Below, piece by piece: positions 8,060 to 17,567 of a stretch of DNA of 60,715 nucleotides. A model generated the notes under the pieces. The model had not been told where the DNA came from, made no database searches, and saw only the letters and a list, made by a program, of their open reading frames with translations. This DNA is from an uncultured Gammaproteobacteria bacterium (GTDB taxonomy: Bacteria > Patescibacteriota > Patescibacteriia > 2-01-FULL-39-33). The position numbers were made by a program, and so were the translations under genes. The stretch spans positions 1 through 60,715 of the forward strand of contig CAYIBK010000002.1 in the NCBI GenBank assembly GCA_964361645.1, read 5' to 3'. Numbering within the stretch: position 1 is the first letter of the stretch; every line of letters begins with the position of its first letter.

Positions 8060-8140
8060 TAATTTGTATTATTTAAAATTTATGATTTAAAATTGCAGAT
8101 TGTTTATTTTAAATTTGAAATCTTTAATCTGAAATCGTTT

Positions 8141-8530
8141 TGGTGGAGATGAGGAGTAATGAGCTCCTGTCTGGAAGTAAATCAAAAGCTAGTTTACAAG
8201 ATTAGTTCTTTTATTTTTAGCCAAATCCTTTTTAAAGAACAAAACAGATCTGGCTTTATTCGAAATGGTTTAAATATGTTTATTCGAATAGACAAACATA
8301 TCTGTCCTAGAGATATAACACCGCTTCTTACCTACCTAGGCGTAAGTAGGGCGATGGCTGTCGGACAATTAAGCCACAGCAGGAGCGAAAGTAAATCCGC
8401 CAAAAGCAGATTTTACTTTGCTTAAAAAGTTGTTTGCACTTATGTGCTTTGGCATTTAGTTTGCGAGCAAATACCAATCTCGTCTTGCCAACTTCAAATT
8501 TAAGGCCTTCCATCGAAACAATACATCCCC
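8141..8530 (-). ncRNA. ssrA: tmRNA (SsrA)
   Basis: The 5' GGGGATG pairs with the 3' CATCTCCACCA, including a G3:U70 pair (alanine identity) and an encoded CCA. The gene lies next to smpB. In-frame tag GCA AAC AAC ... GCT GTG GCT TAA (8437 down to 8369) gives ANNFLSKVKSAFGGFTFAPAVA. Confidence 0.85.
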
Positions 8531-8551
8531 TTAGTTGTGATAGTTTTATAA

Positions 8552-9028
8552 CTATCCCAATCTTTGTTTTAATGTCCGCTGTATTTCCCTGTCAGCTTCC
8601 CGTTTCTTGATAGTTTCTCTTTTATCAATCTTGGTTTTGCCTCTAGCTAGGGCAATATCAGCTTTTATTAATCCTTTCTTAGTATATACATTTATTGGTA
8701 TAATTGTCAAGCCTTTTTGCTTATTTTTACCTATCAGCGAACTGATTTCTTTTTTGTGTAAAAGAAGCTTTCTTTTTCTATTTGGATCATATTTTTCTTG
8801 CGCGCTTTTGGCTGGCTTGTAGGGTGTGATGTAGGACTTGATTAGCCAAATCTCGCTCTGGGCATCAATAGTCACATAAGACCCTTTTAAACTCATCTGG
8901 CCTAGTTTAGCCGCCTTTACTTCCGGCCCGCTCAAAACCAGGCCGGCTTGATATGTTTCTAATATTTCATAATTGAATAACCCATCTTTATTTGTGGCTA
9001 TTGTTTTATTTTCCTTGCCATTTATCAT
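8552..9028 (-). CDS. smpB: SsrA-binding protein SmpB
   Basis: NKDGLFNYEILETYQAGLVLSGPEVKA...GSYV, typical SmpB. Confidence 0.95.
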   Translation of the reverse strand: MINGKENKTIATNKDGLFNYEILETYQAGLVLSGPEVKAAKLGQMSLKGSYVTIDAQSEIWLIKSYITPYKPAKSAQEKYDPNRKRKLLLHKKEISSLIGKNKQKGLTIIPINVYTKKGLIKADIALARGKTKIDKRETIKKREADREIQRTLKQRLG

Positions 9029-9103
9029 CTTATTGACTTTGTCTTTTGTATTAAAGTATAATTTATATATAAAGTTAACTAAAATTAACTCATTTATAGG
9101 AAA

Positions 9104-10162
9104 ATGGCAAATCCAGAATTACCAAAAAAAATCACTTTTGATATTTCAATTTTAGCACTATTCAAATTATCAGTTTTGTTTCTGATAATCTTTTTCCTCT
9201 TTTTTGTGAGGGATGTGATTTTGATTGTTTTTGTGGCTTTGATTTTAGCCTCAGCTTTAGACCCATGGATTGATTTTATGCAGAAGCATAAAATACCGCG
9301 CGGTTTCGGAATTTTGATAATATATTTGATCGTGGTATTAATAGTGGCCGGAACAATTTATTTGATTATACCACCAATCGCCGTTGAAATTAAAGGCCTA
9401 GCTAAAGATTTTCCCATGTATTGGGAAAAAATTTCTGGTAATATAGAAAATTTTCGCAGTTATTCCGATAGTCATGGCTGGACAGAAAATATTCAAAAAT
9501 CATTGGATGATTTTCAATCTAATATTGGCGCTCTGGGGCTAGCGGCTGGCGGCATATTTAATACTTTTTTTGCTTTCTTGGGTGGCATAGTGTCTATACT
9601 GATAGTGGCGGTTTTAACTTTTTATTTGACCGTGGAAGAACATGCCATGAAAAGGGTTTTAAGATCACTAGTGCCAGTTAAATATCAGCCTTATGTTACT
9701 CATTTAGTTAACAGAATCCAGGAAAAAATCGGTATGTGGCTTCGTGGACAATTAATTTTGTCTTTAATAATTTTTGTTTTAGTTTGGTTTGGTTTGAGCA
9801 TCTTAGGGATAAAATATGCTCTAGTTTTAGCTTTGTTTGCTGGCGTAACAGAACTCATTCCTTATCTGGGCCCATTTATCGGAGCGATTCCCGCTGTTTT
9901 TATCGCTCTAACTCAATCCCCAGCTCTAGCTATTGGAGTAATTGTTATTTATGTTATAATTCAACAGTTGGAAAATCATATTATAGTTCCCAAGGTCATG
10001 CAGAAAGCCGTGGGCTTAAATCCAATCATAACCATTGTTTCAATGATGATCGGCTTTAAATTAGCCGGTATCTTAGGGATTGTTATAGCTATTCCAGTGG
10101 CTACCGCTATCAGCATTGCTTTAAATGATGTCTTGGAAATAAAAGAAGAAATAAAAGAATAA
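9104..10162 (+). CDS. AI-2E family (PerM/UPF0118) transporter
   Basis: Eight-TM profile. GVTELIPYLGPFIGAIPAVFIAL...IIQQLENHIIVPKVM is the family signature. Confidence 0.85.
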   Translation: MANPELPKKITFDISILALFKLSVLFLIIFFLFFVRDVILIVFVALILASALDPWIDFMQKHKIPRGFGILIIYLIVVLIVAGTIYLIIPPIAVEIKGLAKDFPMYWEKISGNIENFRSYSDSHGWTENIQKSLDDFQSNIGALGLAAGGIFNTFFAFLGGIVSILIVAVLTFYLTVEEHAMKRVLRSLVPVKYQPYVTHLVNRIQEKIGMWLRGQLILSLIIFVLVWFGLSILGIKYALVLALFAGVTELIPYLGPFIGAIPAVFIALTQSPALAIGVIVIYVIIQQLENHIIVPKVMQKAVGLNPIITIVSMMIGFKLAGILGIVIAIPVATAISIALNDVLEIKEEIKE

Positions 10163-10256
10163 ATAATTTACTAACTAATAAGTTTTTTGTGAACGCGGAA
10201 TAGAATTTATTGATAAATATTATTCTGCCATTTACAAAAAACCAAAGGAAAAAATA

Positions 10257-10820
10257 ATGGCTTACAAAAAAAGAGACGGTCGTCAGGTCTCAGAAATCAT
10301 CCCTGATGAACAAGATGAAATGAATCCAGGAGCGCAGGATTTTGCTTATTCTGGCAAAGGCGGAGGCGGAGTATTAAAATTCATTATTATCGCTTTGATT
10401 ATTATTATCATCTTGGTTGGCGGTTGGTATGTCTTGGACAATTATACCAATATCAATTTACCAGGCATGAGTTCTAATAGTCAAAACTCATCCAAGGGTT
10501 GGCAGGCAATATTTTTGTCCAACGGCCAAGTTTACTTTGGCAAGGTTGAAAAAATAAACAATCGAGATTTAGTTTTAACTGACATTTATTATTTACAAGT
10601 AGTGACTAAGCCCTTGCAACAAAGCCAAGAGACACCACCACCAACTACTCCAACTCAACAAGAATTGACTCTAGCTAAATTAGGCAACGAGTTGCATGGT
10701 CCAGTTGATCGCATGGTTATTAATAGGGATCAGATACTATTAACCGAAGAATTAAAAGAAGATTCTAAAGTGGTTACAGCTATCACCGCTTATTTGACCG
10801 AGCAGGCCAATAAGAAGTAA
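10257..10820 (+). CDS. hypothetical single-pass membrane protein
   Basis: 187-aa ORF with AAAGGAAAAAA upstream and one TM helix (FIIIALIIIIILVGGWYVL). Confidence 0.6.
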   Translation: MAYKKRDGRQVSEIIPDEQDEMNPGAQDFAYSGKGGGGVLKFIIIALIIIIILVGGWYVLDNYTNINLPGMSSNSQNSSKGWQAIFLSNGQVYFGKVEKINNRDLVLTDIYYLQVVTKPLQQSQETPPPTTPTQQELTLAKLGNELHGPVDRMVINRDQILLTEELKEDSKVVTAITAYLTEQANKK

Positions 10821-10925
10821 AAATCATTGATTTGTATCACTTAAAGGGGCGTGGAAAAACACGCTCTTTTATGTTACAATAAATTAAGATAAGATATTGT
10901 CAGTTAAGATCTAATTTATTTTGTT

Positions 10926-11666
10926 ATGCCAATCAATACCACCAAAATTTTCAATGATGGGGGTGAATATATCACTCTTTTTGATTTGTCTAAATCGCAA
11001 AAATACAGCTTGGAATACTTGCTTAATCAGGCTAGTTGTGGCCAACTAAAATCTTTCAAGATGGGTGATGAGTGGCTGACCACCATGGATTGGTTTAATG
11101 ATTATAAAAAAGCTATTAAATATGCCATTCAAATTGAAATAGCCGATAAAGATATTGATCACAAAAAAGATTGGGTTGATTTCGTGAGAGTAGATAATTT
11201 CCGTCTAAGATTTATACCCCAAATGTTTTTATTGCTTATTATTTTCTCCTTCTTTTCTTTTTCTTTAAGCTGGCTGGCCAATTCTTCCGGTGGGCAAAAG
11301 TTTGCTCTAGCAACTAATAATTTAGTGGAAAAGAAATATATCGCGGATAATTATTTCTTGTATTATACCTATCAAGTTTATAATTATAATTCCCACTATC
11401 TTTCTTATATGGTTGATAATTCCCTAGACTCCATTGGCTTGCTGGCTAATTCTCTAATATCCCTTGGCCAGAACACAGCTTATGTGGCCTTAGTAATTGA
11501 TCAAAATATTAGCCCCTATAAGATATCAGATGAGATTATTACCGATAAAATAAATAAGTTGGCTAAAGCCCTTAAAAACCAATACCAAGCCGTGGCCGGT
11601 GTTAGCTCGGTCAAGACTCAAATATACTTTGACGATTGGCAGAAATCCCTAAAATCGGGCAATTGA
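10926..11666 (+). CDS. membrane protein with N-terminal excisionase/MerR-like HTH
   Basis: EYITLFDLSKSQKYSLEYLLNQASCGQLKSFKMGDEWLTTMDWFNDY resembles the HTH_17-type DNA-binding motif and is followed by a TM helix. Functional call is tentative. Confidence 0.5.
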   Translation: MPINTTKIFNDGGEYITLFDLSKSQKYSLEYLLNQASCGQLKSFKMGDEWLTTMDWFNDYKKAIKYAIQIEIADKDIDHKKDWVDFVRVDNFRLRFIPQMFLLLIIFSFFSFSLSWLANSSGGQKFALATNNLVEKKYIADNYFLYYTYQVYNYNSHYLSYMVDNSLDSIGLLANSLISLGQNTAYVALVIDQNISPYKISDEIITDKINKLAKALKNQYQAVAGVSSVKTQIYFDDWQKSLKSGN

Positions 11667-11769
11667 TTCATTAGTTGTCAAAATCTAATTTTTTAGTTAA
11701 GATGGCTTAATTAACCCCAGTTAATAGCCATTATTTAAATGGATCAATAAATTATTTCAAAACATTTTT

Positions 11770-13143
11770 ATGTCTTCAAGAAACGATGATTTAATGCAGA
11801 AAATAGTCTCATTTTGTAAAAGAAGAGGGTTTGTTTTCCCTTCATCAGAAATTTATGGCGGTTTTGCCAATTCTTATAGTTATGGCCCCTATGGCACAGA
11901 ATTAAAAAACAACATCAAAAAATTGTGGTGGAAGACTTTTGTCCAAGATCGAGAGGATATTGTTGGCTTAGACGGTCCAATCATGCTTAACCCTAAACTC
12001 TGGGAAGCTTCTGGGCACACTAGCGGTTTTAATGATGCTATGGTGGATTGCAAGGAATGCAAAAAAAGATTTCGCGCCGATCATCTGGTGGCGGAAGCCA
12101 CTGGGCGTAATTTGGAAGGTGATCTCAAAGCCATGTCTGATATTTTAAAAGACGAGAAAGTAAAATGTCCTAATTGTGGTAAATCCAACTGGACTGAAGC
12201 CAGAAATTTTAACATGATGTTTAAAACCGAAATGAACGGCATTGATGAGCCGGTTTATCTTCGGCCCGAAACAGCTGGAGCTATTTTTGTGGATTTCAAA
12301 AATGTGCTTGATTCCATGAGAGTTAAGATTCCTTTTGGCATTGCGCAAATAGGCAAAGCTTTCAGAAATGAGATCATTGCTGGTAATTTTATTTTTCGTC
12401 TGCGCGAATTTGAGCAGATGGAAATAGAATATTTTATTGATCCAGAAGCCGAGTGGGAGCCGTTATTTGAAAAATGGCTCAAAACCCAAGAAGAATTTGT
12501 CATGGCTTTGGGTGCTAAGGCGGAAGATTTAAAAAGATATGAGCATCCAAAAGAAAAATTGTCTCATTATTCTAAAAAAACAGTTGATATTGAATATAAT
12601 TTCCCTTTCGGTTTCAGTGAGCTTTACGGTTTAGCTCATCGAGGTGATTTTGATTTATCCCAGCATGCCAAATTTTCTGGAGAGGATCTTAGTTATTTGG
12701 ATCAGGTAAATAATCGAAAATATATCCCTCATGTTTTAGAACCAACTTTTGGCGTCGATAGGAGTGTTTTAGTGGCTCTTATATCTGCTTACACCGAAGA
12801 AGCAGTGGGCGAAGAATCGCGAGTTGTTTTGAAATTTCCCAAGAATATCGCTCCAATTAAAATAGCTATTTTCCCCCTATTAAAAAATAAGGCCGATTTA
12901 GTGAATAAGGCCAAGGAATTTTTTGATTCGCTTAAAGGGGAGTTTATGTGTGAATTTGATGATAATGGCAATATCGGTAAAAGATACAGGCGCCAAGATG
13001 AGATTGGCACACCTTATTGTGTGACAGTTGATTTTGATACTTTGGATAATAATACCGTCACTGTCCGAGATCGTGACAGCATGGCGCAGGAGAGAATATC
13101 AATAGATAATCTCAAGGAATATTTCACTAAAAATCTTAATTAA
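11770..13143 (+). CDS. glyQS: glycine--tRNA ligase (homodimeric type)
   Basis: FVFPSSEIYGG...YSYGPYG, YLRPETAGAIF, FRNEI..GNFIFRLREFEQMEIEYF, EPTFGVDR. Confidence 0.95.
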   Translation: MSSRNDDLMQKIVSFCKRRGFVFPSSEIYGGFANSYSYGPYGTELKNNIKKLWWKTFVQDREDIVGLDGPIMLNPKLWEASGHTSGFNDAMVDCKECKKRFRADHLVAEATGRNLEGDLKAMSDILKDEKVKCPNCGKSNWTEARNFNMMFKTEMNGIDEPVYLRPETAGAIFVDFKNVLDSMRVKIPFGIAQIGKAFRNEIIAGNFIFRLREFEQMEIEYFIDPEAEWEPLFEKWLKTQEEFVMALGAKAEDLKRYEHPKEKLSHYSKKTVDIEYNFPFGFSELYGLAHRGDFDLSQHAKFSGEDLSYLDQVNNRKYIPHVLEPTFGVDRSVLVALISAYTEEAVGEESRVVLKFPKNIAPIKIAIFPLLKNKADLVNKAKEFFDSLKGEFMCEFDDNGNIGKRYRRQDEIGTPYCVTVDFDTLDNNTVTVRDRDSMAQERISIDNLKEYFTKNLN

Positions 13144-13147
13144 AATA

Positions 13148-13498
13148 GTGATGAGAGAAAGAGATTTAATTAAACCGGAAACATTCGTTACTATTTTGCA
13201 GGAGATTGAGAGCCTAATTGAGCAATCACCGGAGAAAGTAGAAGCTGAATTTTTAAGGACAGCCAATACCTGGCTGGATTGCTTTGTTAGCCGCTTATTT
13301 TCTCTTGAAACTTATCTGAATATAGAAAGTGCTAAAGCAGAAATAGGCAGTGACAGGGATTATCAGAAGACTCTGGGCCGATTGGAAGAGTTAAAAGAAA
13401 AAATAGACTTATTGAAAGAACAATATCCCACCCAAGATACAATTCCCCCCGATGAAATCAAAGAGGAATTATTTGAAAGTTTAAAAAATATAATTTAA
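13148..13498 (+). CDS. hypothetical acidic helical protein
   Basis: 116-aa ORF tightly packed between glyQS and the M16 peptidase gene. Start could be GTG 13148 or ATG 13151. Confidence 0.5.
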   Translation: MMRERDLIKPETFVTILQEIESLIEQSPEKVEAEFLRTANTWLDCFVSRLFSLETYLNIESAKAEIGSDRDYQKTLGRLEELKEKIDLLKEQYPTQDTIPPDEIKEELFESLKNII

Positions 13499-13501
13499 AG
13501 A

Positions 13502-14758
13502 ATGCATAAAAAAATATTATTGCCTAATAAAGTTAGGTTGGTTATTGCACCGCTCAAAGAAACACAAACGACCAATTTGTTGGTTTTGGTTAAGGTGGGT
13601 AGCAGGCAGGAAGATAAAAAAGTTAGTGGTGGTTCTCATTTTATCGAACATTTGATGTTTAAGGGTACCAAGAAACGCCCAACTGCTTTGGACATATCCA
13701 AAGAATTAAACGGTGTGGGAGCGGAGTTTAACGCTTTTACCGGCAAAGATCATACTGGCTATTATATTAAATCAGATGCCAAGCATTTATCACTCTCCAT
13801 TGATGTTTTATCCGACATGCTACTTAATTCTCAATTTGATATCAAAGAAATGGAGAGGGAAAGGGGAGTTATTGTAGAAGAAATAAATATGTATGAAGAT
13901 AATCCCATGATGTATGTTGATGATCTATTAGAACAAATTATGTATAGCGGTCATCCACTTGGGGTTTCTGTTGCTGGTACCAGAGAATCAGTAAAAAAAA
14001 TGACTAGAGCTGATTTAATTGGTTATAAAAATAAATTTTATAGTGGTAGTCATATTGTGATTTGTTTGGCGGGTAATTTTAAGGAAGGCCATATTGGGGA
14101 ATTAAAGAGTAAGTTTAAATTTAAATCGACCGCTAAAATTTTTCCTCTCAATAAGATAAGCATTAAGCAAAAGACGCCCAAAGTAGCTTTAAAATTCAAA
14201 GAAACCGAGCAAACTCAAATTGCCCTGGGCTTTCCAGCTTATTCCTATTCTGATAAACGGATTTATGCCCTTCAACTGCTTTCTATAATTTTAGGAGGTA
14301 ACATGAGCTCCAGATTATTCTTGCAAGTTAGGGAAAGAAACGGCTTAGCTTATTTTATTAGATCATATTTGAGTGTTTACGAAGACACTGGCGCTTTAAT
14401 TATTCAATCAGGTTTGGATAAATCACGAGTGGAGAGCGCTATAAAATTAATTATTTCGGAGCTTAAGAAAATTACCAAAGGAGTTTCGGCTGAAGAATTA
14501 ACCAGAGCCAAAGAATATATATATGGTAAAACATCTCTGGATTTAGAAGATACTTCACATATTTCCCAGTGGTACGGCCAGCAGGAATTGATGCTGGGCC
14601 GTATATTAACACCACCAGAAAAAAAGCAAAAAATAGCTGCGGTTACTAGAGGTGATATTATAGCTGTAGCCAAAGATGTTATAAATATAAATCGTGCCAG
14701 TTTAGCTGTTATTGGGCCCTTTAAGAATGAGGCTACATTTAAAAATCTTTTAAAGTAA
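13502..14758 (+). CDS. M16 (pitrilysin) family zinc peptidase
   Basis: Inverted zinc motif HFIEHLMFKGT (HxxEH) and a downstream EINMYEDNP glutamate region. Confidence 0.9.
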   Translation: MHKKILLPNKVRLVIAPLKETQTTNLLVLVKVGSRQEDKKVSGGSHFIEHLMFKGTKKRPTALDISKELNGVGAEFNAFTGKDHTGYYIKSDAKHLSLSIDVLSDMLLNSQFDIKEMERERGVIVEEINMYEDNPMMYVDDLLEQIMYSGHPLGVSVAGTRESVKKMTRADLIGYKNKFYSGSHIVICLAGNFKEGHIGELKSKFKFKSTAKIFPLNKISIKQKTPKVALKFKETEQTQIALGFPAYSYSDKRIYALQLLSIILGGNMSSRLFLQVRERNGLAYFIRSYLSVYEDTGALIIQSGLDKSRVESAIKLIISELKKITKGVSAEELTRAKEYIYGKTSLDLEDTSHISQWYGQQELMLGRILTPPEKKQKIAAVTRGDIIAVAKDVININRASLAVIGPFKNEATFKNLLK

Positions 14759-14761
14759 GAT

Positions 14762-16039
14762 ATGCGAATAGGCATTGATTGCCGAACAATATTAAATGTC
14801 TCGGGCGGTGAAAGGGCTGGAGTTGGCCATTATACTTATTATTTAGTTAAAAATCTTTTATTGGTGGATAAAAAAAATGAATATGTTTTGTTTTTTGATA
14901 GTCGCTTTAAAGATATTAAAGAATTTCAAAAATATAGCCATGTAACCATTAAATTTTTCCCCTTTTATCAATATAAAAAATATTTACCCATTATTTACTC
15001 GCAAATAATAACCAGTATTATTTTAAATAAGGAGAATCTTGATCTTTTCCATTCACCGGCTAATATTGTTCCTCTTTACTACCGCAGAAAATCAGTTGTA
15101 ACTCTGCACGACTTAGGTATTTACAAATATCCTCAATTTTTTCCTAAAAAATTTTTCAATCATCAGTTATTTTCCAAGAAAATATTAGTGCCCAGTTCTT
15201 TAAAGAAAACGGCTAAAATAATCGCTGTTTCTAAAAATACCAAAAAAGATATTATTGAAGAATTTAAAATTCCAGAAGAAAAAATAGAAGTAATTTATGA
15301 AGGAGTTTTAGATAATAAAGAAATCTGCGCCAATATAAATAGTTTTAATGATGTTGCTCAAAAATACGGCATTAACGACCAATTTATTCTATTTATCGGT
15401 ACGATTGAACCGCGCAAAAATATAACTAATTTAATCAAAGCTTTTCGCAGTTTACGCTTGGTTTATAATTCACCCATTGGGGATTACCAGCTTATTATCG
15501 CCGGTAATCAGGGTTGGAATGATCAGTTGATTTATAAGGCTGTTTCTGATGCCAATGCCAGTATTTTGGGTATTAAAGAAAAAAGAACGGCCGTAGAAAG
15601 GCGACATAATCTTGATCAAAGATTAAAAACAGCAGATTTTTTAAAAAGAAGAAGTGGTCAGGAAAGAAGACAAAACCAGCCAATCAAATATATAGGTTAT
15701 GTTTCTCATGATGAAAAGACGGCTCTGCTTTGTAAAACCAAATGTTTCGTTTTCCCTAGTTTTTATGAGGGCTTTGGTCTACCTGTTTTAGAAGCGATGA
15801 ATTTAGGAGTACCAGTGATTACTTCTAATGTCAGTTCACTTCCAGAGATTACCGGCAGTGAGGGAGCGGTTTTAATTGATCCAAATAAAGAATCGGAAAT
15901 TGTCGAAGCTCTGCAAAGAGTGGTTACTGACAAAGCTCTTGGTGACTCACTAATAACTGAAGGGCGTCAAAGGTCTAACTATTTTAATTGGAAAAAATGC
16001 GCCAAAGAAACTTTAGCAGTCTATAATTCCCTTAAATAA
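14762..16039 (+). CDS. GT4-family glycosyltransferase
   Basis: C-terminal FPSFYEGFGLPVLEAMNLGVPVITSNVSSLPEI is the EX7E motif region of GT-B/GT4 enzymes. Confidence 0.9.
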   Translation: MRIGIDCRTILNVSGGERAGVGHYTYYLVKNLLLVDKKNEYVLFFDSRFKDIKEFQKYSHVTIKFFPFYQYKKYLPIIYSQIITSIILNKENLDLFHSPANIVPLYYRRKSVVTLHDLGIYKYPQFFPKKFFNHQLFSKKILVPSSLKKTAKIIAVSKNTKKDIIEEFKIPEEKIEVIYEGVLDNKEICANINSFNDVAQKYGINDQFILFIGTIEPRKNITNLIKAFRSLRLVYNSPIGDYQLIIAGNQGWNDQLIYKAVSDANASILGIKEKRTAVERRHNLDQRLKTADFLKRRSGQERRQNQPIKYIGYVSHDEKTALLCKTKCFVFPSFYEGFGLPVLEAMNLGVPVITSNVSSLPEITGSEGAVLIDPNKESEIVEALQRVVTDKALGDSLITEGRQRSNYFNWKKCAKETLAVYNSLK

Positions 16040-16076
16040 AAAATCTCCCTAAGCTAGGGAGATTTTTAGATTATAA

Positions 16077-16577
16077 TTAAGCAATCAGATAAATAGTCCA
16101 AGTTATAGCCGTTAAAATTATTATTTGCATTAATACCCCGTATTGTAGCGGTAGATCAAAATCTATCTTATTAACTAGTAGATTATGATTCTTATTGTGT
16201 AATCTAAAAAACCATTTAATAGCTCTAAATTCTTTAAGTTTATAAAAGGCTACAGTAAAGTCTGGAATGATACTGCCGACCATTGCCCAAATAACATTAT
16301 CGGCTCGAGTGAATTCAAAATTTTTAAATAGAAATATTAAAAATAGCGCCAACATTAAACTGTCTATGCTACCATATATAGCCATGAATTTAAGTTCACC
16401 TTTTTCTTGTAGAAACTTAAGTCTTTGGCCCCAGAATTTTTTGCCCATTTGTGAATCTCCGTGAGGTATAATATCTAGGATAAAATGCGACAATACACCG
16501 GCTAAAAAAGCCAAAAATGGGTTTGGTATGCTTTTGCCGATAATTACTGCTGCCGCAGCATGAACAGTAATAAACAT
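16077..16577 (-). CDS. polytopic membrane protein with an H-x3-D-x2-PH motif (possible membrane hydrolase)
   Basis: 166-aa hydrophobic ORF containing SHFILDIIPHGD. Function not established. Confidence 0.5.
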   Translation of the reverse strand: MFITVHAAAAVIIGKSIPNPFLAFLAGVLSHFILDIIPHGDSQMGKKFWGQRLKFLQEKGELKFMAIYGSIDSLMLALFLIFLFKNFEFTRADNVIWAMVGSIIPDFTVAFYKLKEFRAIKWFFRLHNKNHNLLVNKIDFDLPLQYGVLMQIIILTAITWTIYLIA

Positions 16578-16656
16578 ATATTTAAAGTTAAAAGTAATAA
16601 GCTAAAATCTATTATAGCAGATTTGGGGAAATAAAAAAATGGCTAAAGCCATTTTT

Positions 16657-16730
16657 TGTGCCGAAGGAGCAGAAACGTTTACCAAACGGCTTCTGCGTAA
16701 CTCCACATATTGCTGTATACAATTTTAGGA
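16657..16730 (-). pseudogene. degenerate 3' fragment of a tRNA-Leu-like gene
   Basis: Shares gtgccgaaggag and cacatattgct(g/a)tacac with the intact tRNA-Leu at 17568-17652. The T-arm is replaced by a longer hairpin. A TAA-type anticodon-loop remnant is present but there is no 5' half. Confidence 0.45.
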
Positions 16731-16925
16731 ACAAAAACAGCTTTAACTGTTTTCTGGTGCAGTATTATAAAGATAGTCCGAATGCATTTTGCCGCCTGCG
16801 GCGGTGAGGAAGTCCCCTCGCGAAAATCCGGAAAGGCGGTGGAGCCGCACCGCTGGTAATTTCAAGTTTTTTTTGGCGGCATATAGATTCGAGTGCGCAG
16901 ATCACATACAACAGCTCTTTAGAAT

Positions 16926-17552
16926 TCAATCTGAACTCGCTTCTTTCCCGGCAGTAGAATTATCGCCTCGGTATGCCCGTGTCAGCTTTTCGGTTTCTGG
17001 AGTGATTTCGATTCGAGGAGCAATTACAACATATCTCGAACCAGCAAATTTTGCGCGAAAATCTTTCATCCAACCATGATGACTCAAAACACCACTCGAA
17101 TCGAAACCGACGATAGAAATACCACTTCTGTCAAAACTGCCGGAAATGAGAAATGTCCAATATGTCTGGTCGGGAAAAACGCCGAACAAGAATTTGAATG
17201 TAGCCGCAAAAGCGAGATATCGGCGAAAATCCATGCCGTGCAAACCTTCGTCAGCGTAAACACGTTCGGCAAATTGTGCACTTTTATAAATGAGTTCCGG
17301 TGTTTTACTGGCACTGGTAATGAACCACTGGTCTTCTTTGGTCATTACATTTCGTATCATTTTCTCATTTTCAAAATCAACATTCGTTTTTATGCCAAAT
17401 AATTTGCACAATTCATCTATTGATAAATTTGCGGGCAAATATACCAATAACTCATTGGTTTTATTTAACTCTGTAATTTCTTTCTCTGTAAAAGGACAGG
17501 GAGAAATTTGTACGTTCCCATATAAAGTTCTGATTTGGTTTATGGAATTCAT
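16926..17552 (-). CDS. hypothetical protein (208 aa) within a tRNA-flanked islet
   Basis: The track ORF (to 17597) overlaps the tRNA-Leu 3' end, so the internal ATG at 17552 (MNSINQIRTLYG...) is preferred. G+C is visibly higher than in neighbouring genes. No family recognised. Confidence 0.55.
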   Translation of the reverse strand: MNSINQIRTLYGNVQISPCPFTEKEITELNKTNELLVYLPANLSIDELCKLFGIKTNVDFENEKMIRNVMTKEDQWFITSASKTPELIYKSAQFAERVYADEGLHGMDFRRYLAFAATFKFLFGVFPDQTYWTFLISGSFDRSGISIVGFDSSGVLSHHGWMKDFRAKFAGSRYVVIAPRIEITPETEKLTRAYRGDNSTAGKEASSD

Positions 17553-17567
17553 AAAAATTTTCCTTTC

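Noticed and set aside
8159-8513. Two ORFs (8159-8425 +, 8328-8513 -) between infC and smpB
   Set aside because: The region is fully explained by the tmRNA gene on the minus strand.
16789-17079. Possible SRP/4.5S-like RNA or 96-aa + strand ORF in the GC-rich stretch
   Set aside because: A CCGGAAAGG segment superficially resembles the SRP helix-8 GGAA tetraloop. However, the flanking conserved AGCAGC/GGUCA-type motifs are absent. The ORF has no RBS and overlaps the better-supported minus-strand gene. It is kept only as an unexplained structured region.
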